Shown here: positions 54,073 to 62,429 of the stretch, one piece after another | Position numbering within the stretch: the stretch's first letter is position 1 | How the letters are laid out: every line of letters begins with the position of its first letter | Assembly (NCBI GenBank): GCA_003280965.1 | Contig: QCDI01000002.1 | Coordinates: 42,581-106,580 of the forward strand | Reading direction: 5' to 3' | Origin: Prochlorococcus sp. AG-355-B18 | Lineage (GTDB): Bacteria; Cyanobacteriota; Cyanobacteriia; PCC-6307; Cyanobiaceae | Length of the DNA stretch: 64,000 nt | Position numbers and translations under genes: made by a program | Notes under the pieces: generated by a model | The model's input: the letters and a program-made list of their open reading frames with translations, nothing else | Database searches by the model: none | What the model was told of the DNA's origin: nothing

Positions 54073-54241
54073 AATTTTATTCTCTAGATTATTAATCTAG
54101 TTGGAATTTAATAATTGGCCATTGTCAAATCGTAAGATCACGACAAATTTAAAATTATTTAACAAAGCGTCATCTAAATTTATAAAAAAATTTTTATTTT
54201 TTTTAATTTGCATATAATTATTTTTAAAACTCTGTAAAGTA

Positions 54242-54877
54242 TTGGAAAAAGCACTACTTATTATCATGGCGAAATGGCATGGTTTTGGAAGATGCAAAAC
54301 AAGATTATCAAAAGATATAGGTAAAAGTAATTCTGCAAAAGTACAAAGTGTGATGACCAAACACACTATTTCAGTAGCCAAATCACTCCAAAAAAATAAG
54401 CTTATTGAAATTTCCATAGCCATATCTGGTTTAGGAAGGAAAAATTGTAGAAAATGGTCTAGAGAATTAGGTATCAAAAAATTTAATTTACAGGGAAAAG
54501 GATGTTTGGGAGAAAAAATGAAAAGACAAATAATTATCAACAATAAATTTTGTGCTAAAAATAAGATAAAAAATATTATTTTTATTGGAACTGACCTTCC
54601 AGATTTATGCCATCAAGATTTATTGAAAACTTTAAGGGAGCTTCAGCAAAATGATCTTATTTTAGGACCTTCTAATGATGGAGGATATTGGCTTATTGGT
54701 TTATCAAAAAAAATAATTTCAACAAATCTATATTCCCCTTTTATTAACATTAAGTGGGGTACTAAAAATGTTCTTCAAAATACAATTGATAATTTAGCTT
54801 CTTCAAAATTTAAATATAAATTTTTAGATAAAAAAATAGATATAGATACAATTATTGATATTGAAAATAGAAGATAA
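54242..54877 (+). CDS. DUF2064 / TIGR04282-like CofC-fold transferase
   Basis: K.HGFGRCKTRL, QGKGCLGEKM, IGTDLP, LGPSNDGGYWLIG, WGT and DIDT motifs; TTG start. Confidence 0.85.
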   Translation: MEKALLIIMAKWHGFGRCKTRLSKDIGKSNSAKVQSVMTKHTISVAKSLQKNKLIEISIAISGLGRKNCRKWSRELGIKKFNLQGKGCLGEKMKRQIIINNKFCAKNKIKNIIFIGTDLPDLCHQDLLKTLRELQQNDLILGPSNDGGYWLIGLSKKIISTNLYSPFINIKWGTKNVLQNTIDNLASSKFKYKFLDKKIDIDTIIDIENRR

Positions 54878-54882
54878 TTAAC

Positions 54883-55566
54883 TTGTCTAAAATCTCCATT
54901 ATTATTCCAACTATTAATGAAGCCAATAATTTGCCATTATTGCTTTCAGACTTGTCAGATATTCAGAAAGAGGGAGAAATTATTATTGTTGACTGTGGGA
55001 GTGAAGATAAAACTATTGACGTAGCAAATATTTATGGGGCGAAAGTATTTAAATCCGAAGAAAGAAATCGAGGTTTACAGTTAGATATTGGCGCTAAGAA
55101 TTCAAAAGGAGACTGGCTTATATTTTTGCATGCAGACACAAGGTTAACTCATGATTGGTTTAAAAAAATAAATTTAGTTTTAAAGGGAGACAAGAATTAT
55201 ATTTACAATTTTACATTTAAAATTAATCACAAAAAGATAATTTATAGAGTCTTAGAGATTCTTGTAAATTTTAGAAGTCAATATTTTAAACAGCCTTATG
55301 GTGATCAAGGTCTAATAATTCATAGAACTATTTATTTTAAGAATAATGGTTTTAGAAAGATACCTATAATGGAAGACATAGATTTTTTAAGGAGATTAAA
55401 CAAAAAAAAGGATTTAAAACAATTAAATTTACCTATTTTTATAAGTTCAAGGAAATGGGAAAGAACTAATATTTTTCTCCAAGCACTCAAGAATTGGAAA
55501 TTTAGAAGAAGGTGGTTAAAAGGCGAATCAACAAAATCTATATATTCTGAATACTACAAAAATTAA
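54883..55566 (+). CDS. TIGR04283-like family 2 glycosyltransferase
   Basis: SIIIPTINE, VDCGSED, RGLQL..GA, FLHADT, PYGDQG and PIMED motifs. Confidence 0.88.
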   Translation: MSKISIIIPTINEANNLPLLLSDLSDIQKEGEIIIVDCGSEDKTIDVANIYGAKVFKSEERNRGLQLDIGAKNSKGDWLIFLHADTRLTHDWFKKINLVLKGDKNYIYNFTFKINHKKIIYRVLEILVNFRSQYFKQPYGDQGLIIHRTIYFKNNGFRKIPIMEDIDFLRRLNKKKDLKQLNLPIFISSRKWERTNIFLQALKNWKFRRRWLKGESTKSIYSEYYKN

Positions 55567-56097
55567 TTAATTTGCATACCAAAACGCACATTTAGAGCCT
55601 CTTGGCTCCAAAGTCCAACCCTGTCTTTTATAAAATGAAACCACTTCCGCATCCGCAAAGAGGGTGACTTTTGAAATGCCAATATTTTTTAATTCTTTTA
55701 GAATATATTTCATTAATTCCTTCCCCAATCCTAGTCCCTGGTAGACAGGATTAATTGCCACATCCCACACAGTTGCTTCTAAAATTCCATCGCCAGTGCA
55801 TCTAGCAAAGCCTACTAGCCTAGGGAATTTATCATCGTGACGCCATAATCCAACCACTAAAACACTATAATCCAAAGCTCTTTTAACTCTTCTTATTGGT
55901 CGTCTGCTCCAACCAACAGTTTGCAAAAGTTGATCTAGCTCTATTAAATCTAACTCTTTACTTTTACTACATACAAAAATTTCCTCTTTATTTTTTTGAG
56001 TGAATTCATAAGAATTCAAACCATAAATATCTAAAAGTTCATCTGTTGATATACTGTTCGATTTTTTTATTGATGACCCTTGGTTTCTAAAAATCAT
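55567..56097 (-). CDS. GNAT N-acetyltransferase (Ycf52-like)
   Basis: VGWSRRP, GFARCTGD, WDVAINPVYQGLGLG acetyl-CoA motif and FYKRQGW. Confidence 0.88.
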   Translation of the reverse strand: MIFRNQGSSIKKSNSISTDELLDIYGLNSYEFTQKNKEEIFVCSKSKELDLIELDQLLQTVGWSRRPIRRVKRALDYSVLVVGLWRHDDKFPRLVGFARCTGDGILEATVWDVAINPVYQGLGLGKELMKYILKELKNIGISKVTLFADAEVVSFYKRQGWTLEPRGSKCAFWYAN

Positions 56098-57890
56098 TAG
56101 AAATTCACAAATCCTTTTTGTTGGAGCTCAGAGAGCTGAAAATATAACCCTCTTTTAATTCTCAATTCATTATGAGTTCCCTCTTCAACTAATGATCCCC
56201 CTTTTAAAACTAAAATCTTATCAGAACTTTCAATAGTTGCTAGTCTGTGAGCTATCACTAATGCAGTTCTTTTTGTAAGAATTCTTTCAAGATCTTTCTG
56301 TAAAGTAGCTTCTGTAGAAGGATCCATAAATGCTGTAGCTTCGTCCATTATCAAAACAATAGGATTTCTTATCGCTACTCTTGCTACTGAAAGAAGTTGT
56401 CTCTCTCCAGAAGAGAGATTTCCCCCTCTTTCTCTAAGAAAAGTGTTCAAACCTTCTGGTAATTTATTCAATAAACTGTTTAAGCCTAATTCTTTACAAA
56501 TATTTTCTAATTCAAGATTGTCTATATTCGCATTTAGTTTCAAATTATCTGCAACATTTCCACTAAATATAAAGGTATCTTGTAAGACTACCCCCAACAT
56601 ATTTCTAAGAGTTGCTATAGGAATATCTTTTATGTCTATATCATCTATTAAAATTTGGCCTGATTGAGGTTCATACAATCTACATAACAATCTAATTATG
56701 GTTGTCTTGCCTGAACCAGTTGGTCCCACAAAAGCTACATGCTCTCCTGGATGTATCAAAAAAGATAAATCCTTTAAGATATGTTCCCCTTTTTTATAAT
56801 AGAAATTAACATTTTTGAATTCGATTTTACCTTTAAATTTGTGATTTTCACCTAGAACATTTTCAAAATGTTTTGCGGAAAGAGAATCTTTAATCTGAAT
56901 TTCTTCATCCAATAATTCATTTATTCTCTCAACAGCTGTAAGTCCTCCTTGAATCTGAGTAAATCTTTCTGCAAGCTGTCTTAAAGGTTCAAAAAGTCTT
57001 TGGGAATATAAAATAAAAGTTGTTAATGTACCTAAACCAATATTTCCAGAAGTAACAAGGTAGCCTCCAACTGCTAAAACCAATGAAACTGCTGCAAGGG
57101 AAATCCATTCTATAAATGCTGAAATACTACTGTCATAAAAAATTGTTCCATTGACAGCTTTCTTATAAGCAACTCCAGTATTAGAAAATTTCTTGCTATT
57201 AAAATTCTCTCTTCTGAACATCTGAACAACTTCTAGACCTTGAAGATTCTCTTGAAAATCAGAGTTGAGTTGAGATAGTTCTTCTCTTACTTGATAATTA
57301 GCCTTTCTGTATCGTTTTTGAAGCCATACAATAAAATATGAAACTGGAATCTGAGTTAATAGCAATAAAATGGCAAGCCCTCGATCAATTGAAAGCATTG
57401 TCAAAGAAATTACTATCAGGCTAACAAAGTCAGCAATTACTCCGACCGCCCCACTACCAAAAACCTCGGCTAAAGCATCAACATCATTGGTTAATCTCGT
57501 CAATAACTTACCAACAGGCATTTTATCGTGATACTTCAAAGATAAAGATATTGAATGATCAAAAAGTTCTCTTCTTATCCTGGCAGTTAATCTCTGACCA
57601 ACAGCTTGAATATTATAGGTTTGGTATCCTTGCAAAACCAACCTAAAAATAACTGTTAAAAATAAGGTAAGGATTATGGCATTTATTGACTGCCCAAAAA
57701 AAGTTTTACTTAGCCAAACATCTGTACTTTCGTTTTTAAGAATAGTAATTGCTTGACCTACCAATAGTGGTTGAATTGCTCCAGAGAAAGATACTGGTAG
57801 CAATACTATTAGGATTAGATAGATTGTTTTTTTATCTTTAGTTAAATATTTACCTAATTTTTTAATCCTTCTAAAATCATTAAAAAACAT
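56097..57890 (-). CDS. ABC exporter, fused permease/ATPase (MsbA/MdlB-like half transporter)
   Basis: N-terminal TM domain; GPTGSGKT, LSSGERQ, MDEATA and IAHRL; TAATG overlap with the GNAT start. Confidence 0.92.
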   Translation of the reverse strand: MFFNDFRRIKKLGKYLTKDKKTIYLILIVLLPVSFSGAIQPLLVGQAITILKNESTDVWLSKTFFGQSINAIILTLFLTVIFRLVLQGYQTYNIQAVGQRLTARIRRELFDHSISLSLKYHDKMPVGKLLTRLTNDVDALAEVFGSGAVGVIADFVSLIVISLTMLSIDRGLAILLLLTQIPVSYFIVWLQKRYRKANYQVREELSQLNSDFQENLQGLEVVQMFRRENFNSKKFSNTGVAYKKAVNGTIFYDSSISAFIEWISLAAVSLVLAVGGYLVTSGNIGLGTLTTFILYSQRLFEPLRQLAERFTQIQGGLTAVERINELLDEEIQIKDSLSAKHFENVLGENHKFKGKIEFKNVNFYYKKGEHILKDLSFLIHPGEHVAFVGPTGSGKTTIIRLLCRLYEPQSGQILIDDIDIKDIPIATLRNMLGVVLQDTFIFSGNVADNLKLNANIDNLELENICKELGLNSLLNKLPEGLNTFLRERGGNLSSGERQLLSVARVAIRNPIVLIMDEATAFMDPSTEATLQKDLERILTKRTALVIAHRLATIESSDKILVLKGGSLVEEGTHNELRIKRGLYFQLSELQQKGFVNF

Positions 57891-57902
57891 TTAGCTAATC
57901 AT

Positions 57903-58541
57903 CTATAAAGCATTAGTTGATTCTATTGATAAAATCGTATCTTTGAGATGATTATCATCTAACCTCATTGATAAGGGATTGCCAATTAGTTTTGCAGTTG
58001 AATAAAAAAGATCATCAATTTTAGTTAAACCATTCTCCTTAAGAGTCTTTCCGGTCGCCACCAAATCTACTATTGCCTCTGCCATTCCTGTAATAGGACC
58101 AAGCTCGACAGATCCTGTCAAATGAACTATTTCTGCAGGTATATTTAATTCATCAAAATAAGATCTTGCTGTTTTTGTAAATTTACTCGCAACCTTACAA
58201 TTCGCTGGAAGATCAGTTGGTTTGGAATAATTGCTATTGTTCTTAACCGCCAACGACATATAACAACCCCCAAAGCCTAAATCTAATAACTTTGCAACTT
58301 TCAATTCGGATTCGCGTAAAACGTCATCTCCAACAATACCCAAATCAGCCTGACCATAACTTACATAAACAGGAACATCTCCATTTCTTACTAATAAAGC
58401 TCTAGCCCGCTTGCAATTTGATTCAAAAGTTAATGATCTATTATTTTCGTTCAACGCATCAGAAAAATCTAACCCAGCTCTTTTAAAAGTTGAAATTGAA
58501 TCTTTTAACAGAGCTCCTTTTGGTAAAGCTATAGTAAACAT
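57903..58541 (-). CDS. hisG: ATP phosphoribosyltransferase, short form
   Basis: [51 protein letters not shown]; no C-terminal regulatory domain. Confidence 0.95.
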   Translation of the reverse strand: MFTIALPKGALLKDSISTFKRAGLDFSDALNENNRSLTFESNCKRARALLVRNGDVPVYVSYGQADLGIVGDDVLRESELKVAKLLDLGFGGCYMSLAVKNNSNYSKPTDLPANCKVASKFTKTARSYFDELNIPAEIVHLTGSVELGPITGMAEAIVDLVATGKTLKENGLTKIDDLFYSTAKLIGNPLSMRLDDNHLKDTILSIESTNAL

Positions 58542-58581
58542 AGATCAACTTCTTCCAGAGATTCTTCATTCTAAGTTAACA

Positions 58582-59322
58582 ATGGAATTTAATAAAGCTC
58601 AAAATATAATAGGTCTCAGAGTTTTAAATGATAACGTTATTTGGTTATGGGTAAAAGGTAAATCCGTGGTAGTTATAGACCCATCCGTTCATGATCCGGT
58701 AATTAGATATATTGAGGAAAATAATTTTCACTTAAAAGCTGTTCTTCAAACTCATCATCATTCGGACCATATTGGAGGAACGAAAAACCTTATTGAAAGA
58801 TGGCCAAATGTTGAGGTGATTGCTTCTTCCAAAGAAAAAAAACGAATACCTTTTCAAAATATATCTGTAGAGGATGGAGAAACTTTGAATATTTTAGGTG
58901 AAGAAGTAAAAATAATTGAAGTATTAGGGCATACAAGCTCACATATCTCTTTCTTTTTAAATGGGAAAAATCCTGTACTTTTTATTGGTGATACATTATT
59001 TTCTGGTGGGTGTGGAAGAATTTTTGAAGGAACTTATCAACAAATGTATTCTTCATTAGAAAGAATTAAGTCATTACCAAAAAATACTCTCATATATTGT
59101 GCACATGAATATACTAAGGGGAATCTATTGTGGGCATTGAATCTCAAGCCTAAAGATCAAGATATAAAAAATAAACTTTCAGAAGTTGAGAAAAAACTTT
59201 CTCTTAATCAATTGACAATTCCATTTTTACTAGATGAAGAAATGAAAATAAACCTATTCTTAAGAGCAAAAAATTTAGAAGAATTTACTTTTTTGAGAGC
59301 AAATAAAGATTTATGGGTTTAA
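58582..59322 (+). CDS. gloB: Hydroxyacylglutathione hydrolase (glyoxalase II)
   Basis: [25 protein letters not shown] and CAHEYT motifs; ATG at 58582 preferred over the 58411 start that overlaps hisG. Confidence 0.92.
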   Translation: MEFNKAQNIIGLRVLNDNVIWLWVKGKSVVVIDPSVHDPVIRYIEENNFHLKAVLQTHHHSDHIGGTKNLIERWPNVEVIASSKEKKRIPFQNISVEDGETLNILGEEVKIIEVLGHTSSHISFFLNGKNPVLFIGDTLFSGGCGRIFEGTYQQMYSSLERIKSLPKNTLIYCAHEYTKGNLLWALNLKPKDQDIKNKLSEVEKKLSLNQLTIPFLLDEEMKINLFLRAKNLEEFTFLRANKDLWV

Positions 59323-59346
59323 ATAGATAGGTATCGTATTAAACAA

Positions 59347-59739
59347 ATGGCCCCAAAGCAAGTAATTAAAACATCAAATGCTCCAGATCCAGTAGGACCC
59401 TATAATCAAGCCATAAAAGCTGGTGATTTTATTTATTGTTCTGGCCAAATTGCTATAGACCCAGATTTAAATGAAATAACATGTTTAGGTGATATAGAGA
59501 AGGAAACTATTCAAGTTTTAAAAAATCTCGCCGCAGTTCTTGAAGCTGGTGGAGCAAAAATAGAGGATGTAATAAAAACAACTATTTACTTAACCGACCT
59601 AAGTAATTTTCAAATTGTCAATAGGATATATAGTAATTTTTTCAATGTGCAGAATCCTCCAGCGAGGGCCTGTGTGGAAGTTTCATCTCTACCTAAAGGA
59701 GTGTTGGTTGAGATAGATTGTGTTGCCTTTCTAGATTAA
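59347..59739 (+). CDS. ridA: RidA/YjgF family reactive intermediate deaminase
   Basis: AP.PVGPYNQA, SGQI, NL.AVL, PPARACVEV..LPKG..VEIDC. Confidence 0.9.
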   Translation: MAPKQVIKTSNAPDPVGPYNQAIKAGDFIYCSGQIAIDPDLNEITCLGDIEKETIQVLKNLAAVLEAGGAKIEDVIKTTIYLTDLSNFQIVNRIYSNFFNVQNPPARACVEVSSLPKGVLVEIDCVAFLD

Positions 59740-59824
59740 TTTCTAATTATTGAGAAATTTTAAATATGATCCAAATCTGCGCCATATTTGTATAGATTAT
59801 TAATTGGTAATTCTTCTTTAATCT

Positions 59825-60052
59825 ATGTCAGCAGCAAAGCTTAATATAGATGAATTAGAAGCAGGCTATCCCCTTTTTTGTAAGGCTTTAAGACTATTAA
59901 TTTTAAAAGGTAACTCAGTTAAAGATATAGAAAAGACAGTATGCTGGGGACATCTTGAAACTTTAAATAGATGTTTACCAGGAAGATATAAAGCTCCCAC
60001 ATATTTAATGGCTTTAATCAAAAGAGATATTGAAAAGCCAAATAATTATTAA
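59825..60052 (+). CDS. DUF3136-family small protein
   Basis: IDELEAGYPLFCKALR, VCW..LETL..CLP.RY..P.YL pattern recalled for picocyanobacterial DUF3136. Confidence 0.75.
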   Translation: MSAAKLNIDELEAGYPLFCKALRLLILKGNSVKDIEKTVCWGHLETLNRCLPGRYKAPTYLMALIKRDIEKPNNY

Positions 60053-60058
60053 AAAGCA

Positions 60059-60298
60059 CTAATCTTCTAAATAAAATTTATCAATATCTTTTGCAAAATT
60101 TTTTTCCTTTTCTGATAATACTTTATTATCTAAAAATATAGTAAGACTTACAAAATTCTTACCGAAGCTGATATTTGGATAGATATCCCTTTCTTTACAT
60201 AATTTCTCAATTTTCCCCATAAATTTACTAATTTTTGAATATTGCTCAAATTCAAATCTTTTTTCAATCCTCAAAGGTGATTCTCTTTCTTTCCACAT
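60059..60298 (-). CDS. PCD-like protein, likely alpha-carboxysome Rubisco assembly factor (acRAF)
   Basis: W......LEKRFEF..Y....FM..I....IYPNISFG PCD fold lacking the HHP histidines; directly after csoS4B. Confidence 0.78.
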   Translation of the reverse strand: MWKERESPLRIEKRFEFEQYSKISKFMGKIEKLCKERDIYPNISFGKNFVSLTIFLDNKVLSEKEKNFAKDIDKFYLED

Positions 60299-60324
60299 TA
60301 CATTCTTTATACAAGACTAATTAC

Positions 60325-60330
60325 ACTATA
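60325..60330 (-). promoter_or_regulatory. Possible internal -10 element upstream of the PCD-like gene
   Basis: TATAGT on the minus strand 26 nt before the ATG; no convincing -35. Confidence 0.3.
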
Positions 60331-60372
60331 CCTTCAACAAAGTTTCTCAATAAATTTTTGAAGATAAAATTT

Positions 60373-60621
60373 TTAGTCACTCTCCCAATAATCAATAATA
60401 CCGCCAATCGTTAAATCGGTTTGAACTTCTGGATTAGGGCATGCAAATCTAGCGGCGGAGCCACTAGCAGTAAAAACCCAGTTACCTTCTCTAGCTCCAA
60501 CAGGATCAACAGCAACTAATTTCTTTCCTTTATTATTTTCTAAAATTCGTAAATTCATATGACCTAAGCCAGGGACTCTTTGAGTGCATACCATCCTTCC
60601 TAATACCTTCATAATTTCCAC
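60373..60621 (-). CDS. csoS4B: Carboxysome shell vertex protein CsoS4B (BMC-P)
   Basis: VAVDPVGAREGNWVF..GSAAR and DLTIGGIIDYW; GTG start. Confidence 0.92.
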   Translation of the reverse strand: MEIMKVLGRMVCTQRVPGLGHMNLRILENNKGKKLVAVDPVGAREGNWVFTASGSAARFACPNPEVQTDLTIGGIIDYWESD

Positions 60622-60638
60622 AATTTATATCCTCCCTT

Positions 60639-60890
60639 TTATGACTTGTTAGGATCCCAATGATCAATAATTCCAACAATCGTTAAATCGCTTGGATAAG
60701 ATTTACTTCCCGCAGCTTCTCTAGCAGCTGAACTTCCAACACAAATAACCCAATCTCCTGGCTTACAGCCAACAGCATCAACTGCAACTTTATTAGAAGA
60801 ACCATCTAATACAACCTGCAGATGTTTATGTTCAAAACCAGGAATCCTATTGGTAGAAACAAGTGGTTTTACAACTTTGCAAATTAACAT
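60639..60890 (-). CDS. csoS4A: Carboxysome shell vertex protein CsoS4A (BMC-P)
   Basis: LVSTNRI, VAVDAVGCKPGDWV..GSSAAR and SDLTIVGIIDHW. Confidence 0.94.
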   Translation of the reverse strand: MLICKVVKPLVSTNRIPGFEHKHLQVVLDGSSNKVAVDAVGCKPGDWVICVGSSAAREAAGSKSYPSDLTIVGIIDHWDPNKS

Positions 60891-60892
60891 AA

Positions 60893-62422
60893 TTAGTGAG
60901 CCTCCTCTGTTTTTTTATCTAAAGACATTCCAATAATTTGGGCGGAATGAATGTTGTCCCTATCTCTAATAGTAGAGCAAGTATGTAACAAACCTTGATC
61001 AACTAAATTTTTATATCTAATTGATATCGCATTATTAACTCTTTCACAATCATTTATTGCCCTTTCTTTTGCGCCGGGTACTTTCCCAGAGTAATCAAAT
61101 CTTATTACTACCGGAATTGGTAGATCTTGAGAAACATTTAATCCAGTAAAAATCTTTACTCCTACATCTAAATCTGGAGCCCCTTCTTCGACTGTATCTA
61201 AATGAGCAAAATAAGTTAAATTTCTGAGATGTACTTCTTTGAAACCTATACCTACTCCAATAAACCTCTCTGCATGTCCAATATCTTCATAAGAACCATT
61301 ATGAAAACTCTTAACATAATCAATTTGAGAAATATTATTGACAATTAATTTATACGTAAATTTTTCCAGTCCACTGAGTTTATCTTTTGAAGATTGATTA
61401 GAAATTGTCTGGCAAATTTCTCTTTCCGCATCCTCTTTTGAAAAATTAATTGTTGAATTATAAATTTCTAATGTAGAAATAGTTTTTTCTAAATCTATAT
61501 TGCCATCACTAGTTGATAAATGTATTTTTAATGAATCAGTGTCTGTATCAAGTCCAATTAACATTAAATCCACTGAAGCTCCGCAGCAAAAGCTATTCTC
61601 TACAGCCTCTTTGAAAGCATATAATTTATTTCTTCCTTCTGCTGCAGCTAACTCGTCATTACTCCCATGAGCTGCGCATCCCTGATGAAAAGGATCTACT
61701 GAACTAAAATGATAAGTTACAACTTTTAAGTACCTGGTATCTTTATGAGCTTCATTAGGAACATTCTCTCTATATCTTTTATGTTCAGTTTTTACCCATC
61801 GATTAACAGTATTTTCAATATCAAATAGTGCTCCAGCATGGGATCTTCTTCTTACTGAACTAAAAGGTATTCTCATCACATAAGCAACTGAATGAGCTAA
61901 TCTTCCATCTGAACAAGGAGTTATATCAAGTAAATGTATTCCGCAATCTAAGAGAAATTTTTCAAAGTCTTCCGCATCTCTACTTCCAGCAGCACCTTCT
62001 AGTGGATCATTGTTAAAAAAATTGTCGCTAAGTTTGTCATGCTGTTTAAAAGCACACCATGCATATAAAGCTCTCATATCAAGAGGTTTTACCCAAGATT
62101 TATCTAATACATGGAGGGGTAAATCTATTCCCAAATTTTTTCTTGATATTTTCTGAGCCTTATTTATAAAATCTTCGTGATGTTGAATTCGAGCAATTTC
62201 CTTGAGAGTTGGAACAATTTCGTCAAAATCACTTTTTATTTTGCTTTCATACCTAAATAGATTTTCATTTTGAATATTGTTGGTTAATTTATGAGACTTT
62301 CCAGAATTTCTGAGATTATTTGATTCTTTAGTTTGTATATGGATATTTTCCGTAAAAGTTTTCATTGGAGCTGTTGGCCCCAATGTGAAGTTCTTGGCTT
62401 TAGCCAGTCCTCTTAAAGGCAT
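60893..62422 (-). CDS. csoSCA: Carboxysomal beta-class carbonic anhydrase CsoSCA (CsoS3)
   Basis: PCSDGR, HFSS..HQGCAAH zinc ligands, HAERFIGVG and HLDTVEEGA.DLDVG. Confidence 0.95.
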   Translation of the reverse strand: MPLRGLAKAKNFTLGPTAPMKTFTENIHIQTKESNNLRNSGKSHKLTNNIQNENLFRYESKIKSDFDEIVPTLKEIARIQHHEDFINKAQKISRKNLGIDLPLHVLDKSWVKPLDMRALYAWCAFKQHDKLSDNFFNNDPLEGAAGSRDAEDFEKFLLDCGIHLLDITPCSDGRLAHSVAYVMRIPFSSVRRRSHAGALFDIENTVNRWVKTEHKRYRENVPNEAHKDTRYLKVVTYHFSSVDPFHQGCAAHGSNDELAAAEGRNKLYAFKEAVENSFCCGASVDLMLIGLDTDTDSLKIHLSTSDGNIDLEKTISTLEIYNSTINFSKEDAEREICQTISNQSSKDKLSGLEKFTYKLIVNNISQIDYVKSFHNGSYEDIGHAERFIGVGIGFKEVHLRNLTYFAHLDTVEEGAPDLDVGVKIFTGLNVSQDLPIPVVIRFDYSGKVPGAKERAINDCERVNNAISIRYKNLVDQGLLHTCSTIRDRDNIHSAQIIGMSLDKKTEEAH

Positions 62423-62429
62423 TATTTAC

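Noticed and set aside
54073-54241. oriC next to dnaA
   Set aside because: No recognisable DnaA boxes and no dnaN, recF or gyrB neighbours.
54097-54543. 148-aa minus-strand ORF upstream of dnaA
   Set aside because: Mostly the antisense shadow of the DUF2064 gene, with low-complexity F/L/I composition and no motif.
50032-55566. A single arsenic-detoxification island (gor, GST and transferases)
   Set aside because: dnaA separates the two pairs, no arsR/B/C/M/S gene is present, and proximity alone is not evidence.
58411-58581. N-terminal extension of gloB (303 aa ORF)
   Set aside because: It is antisense to the hisG 5' end and has no glyoxalase-like sequence; ATG 58582 gives the normal length.
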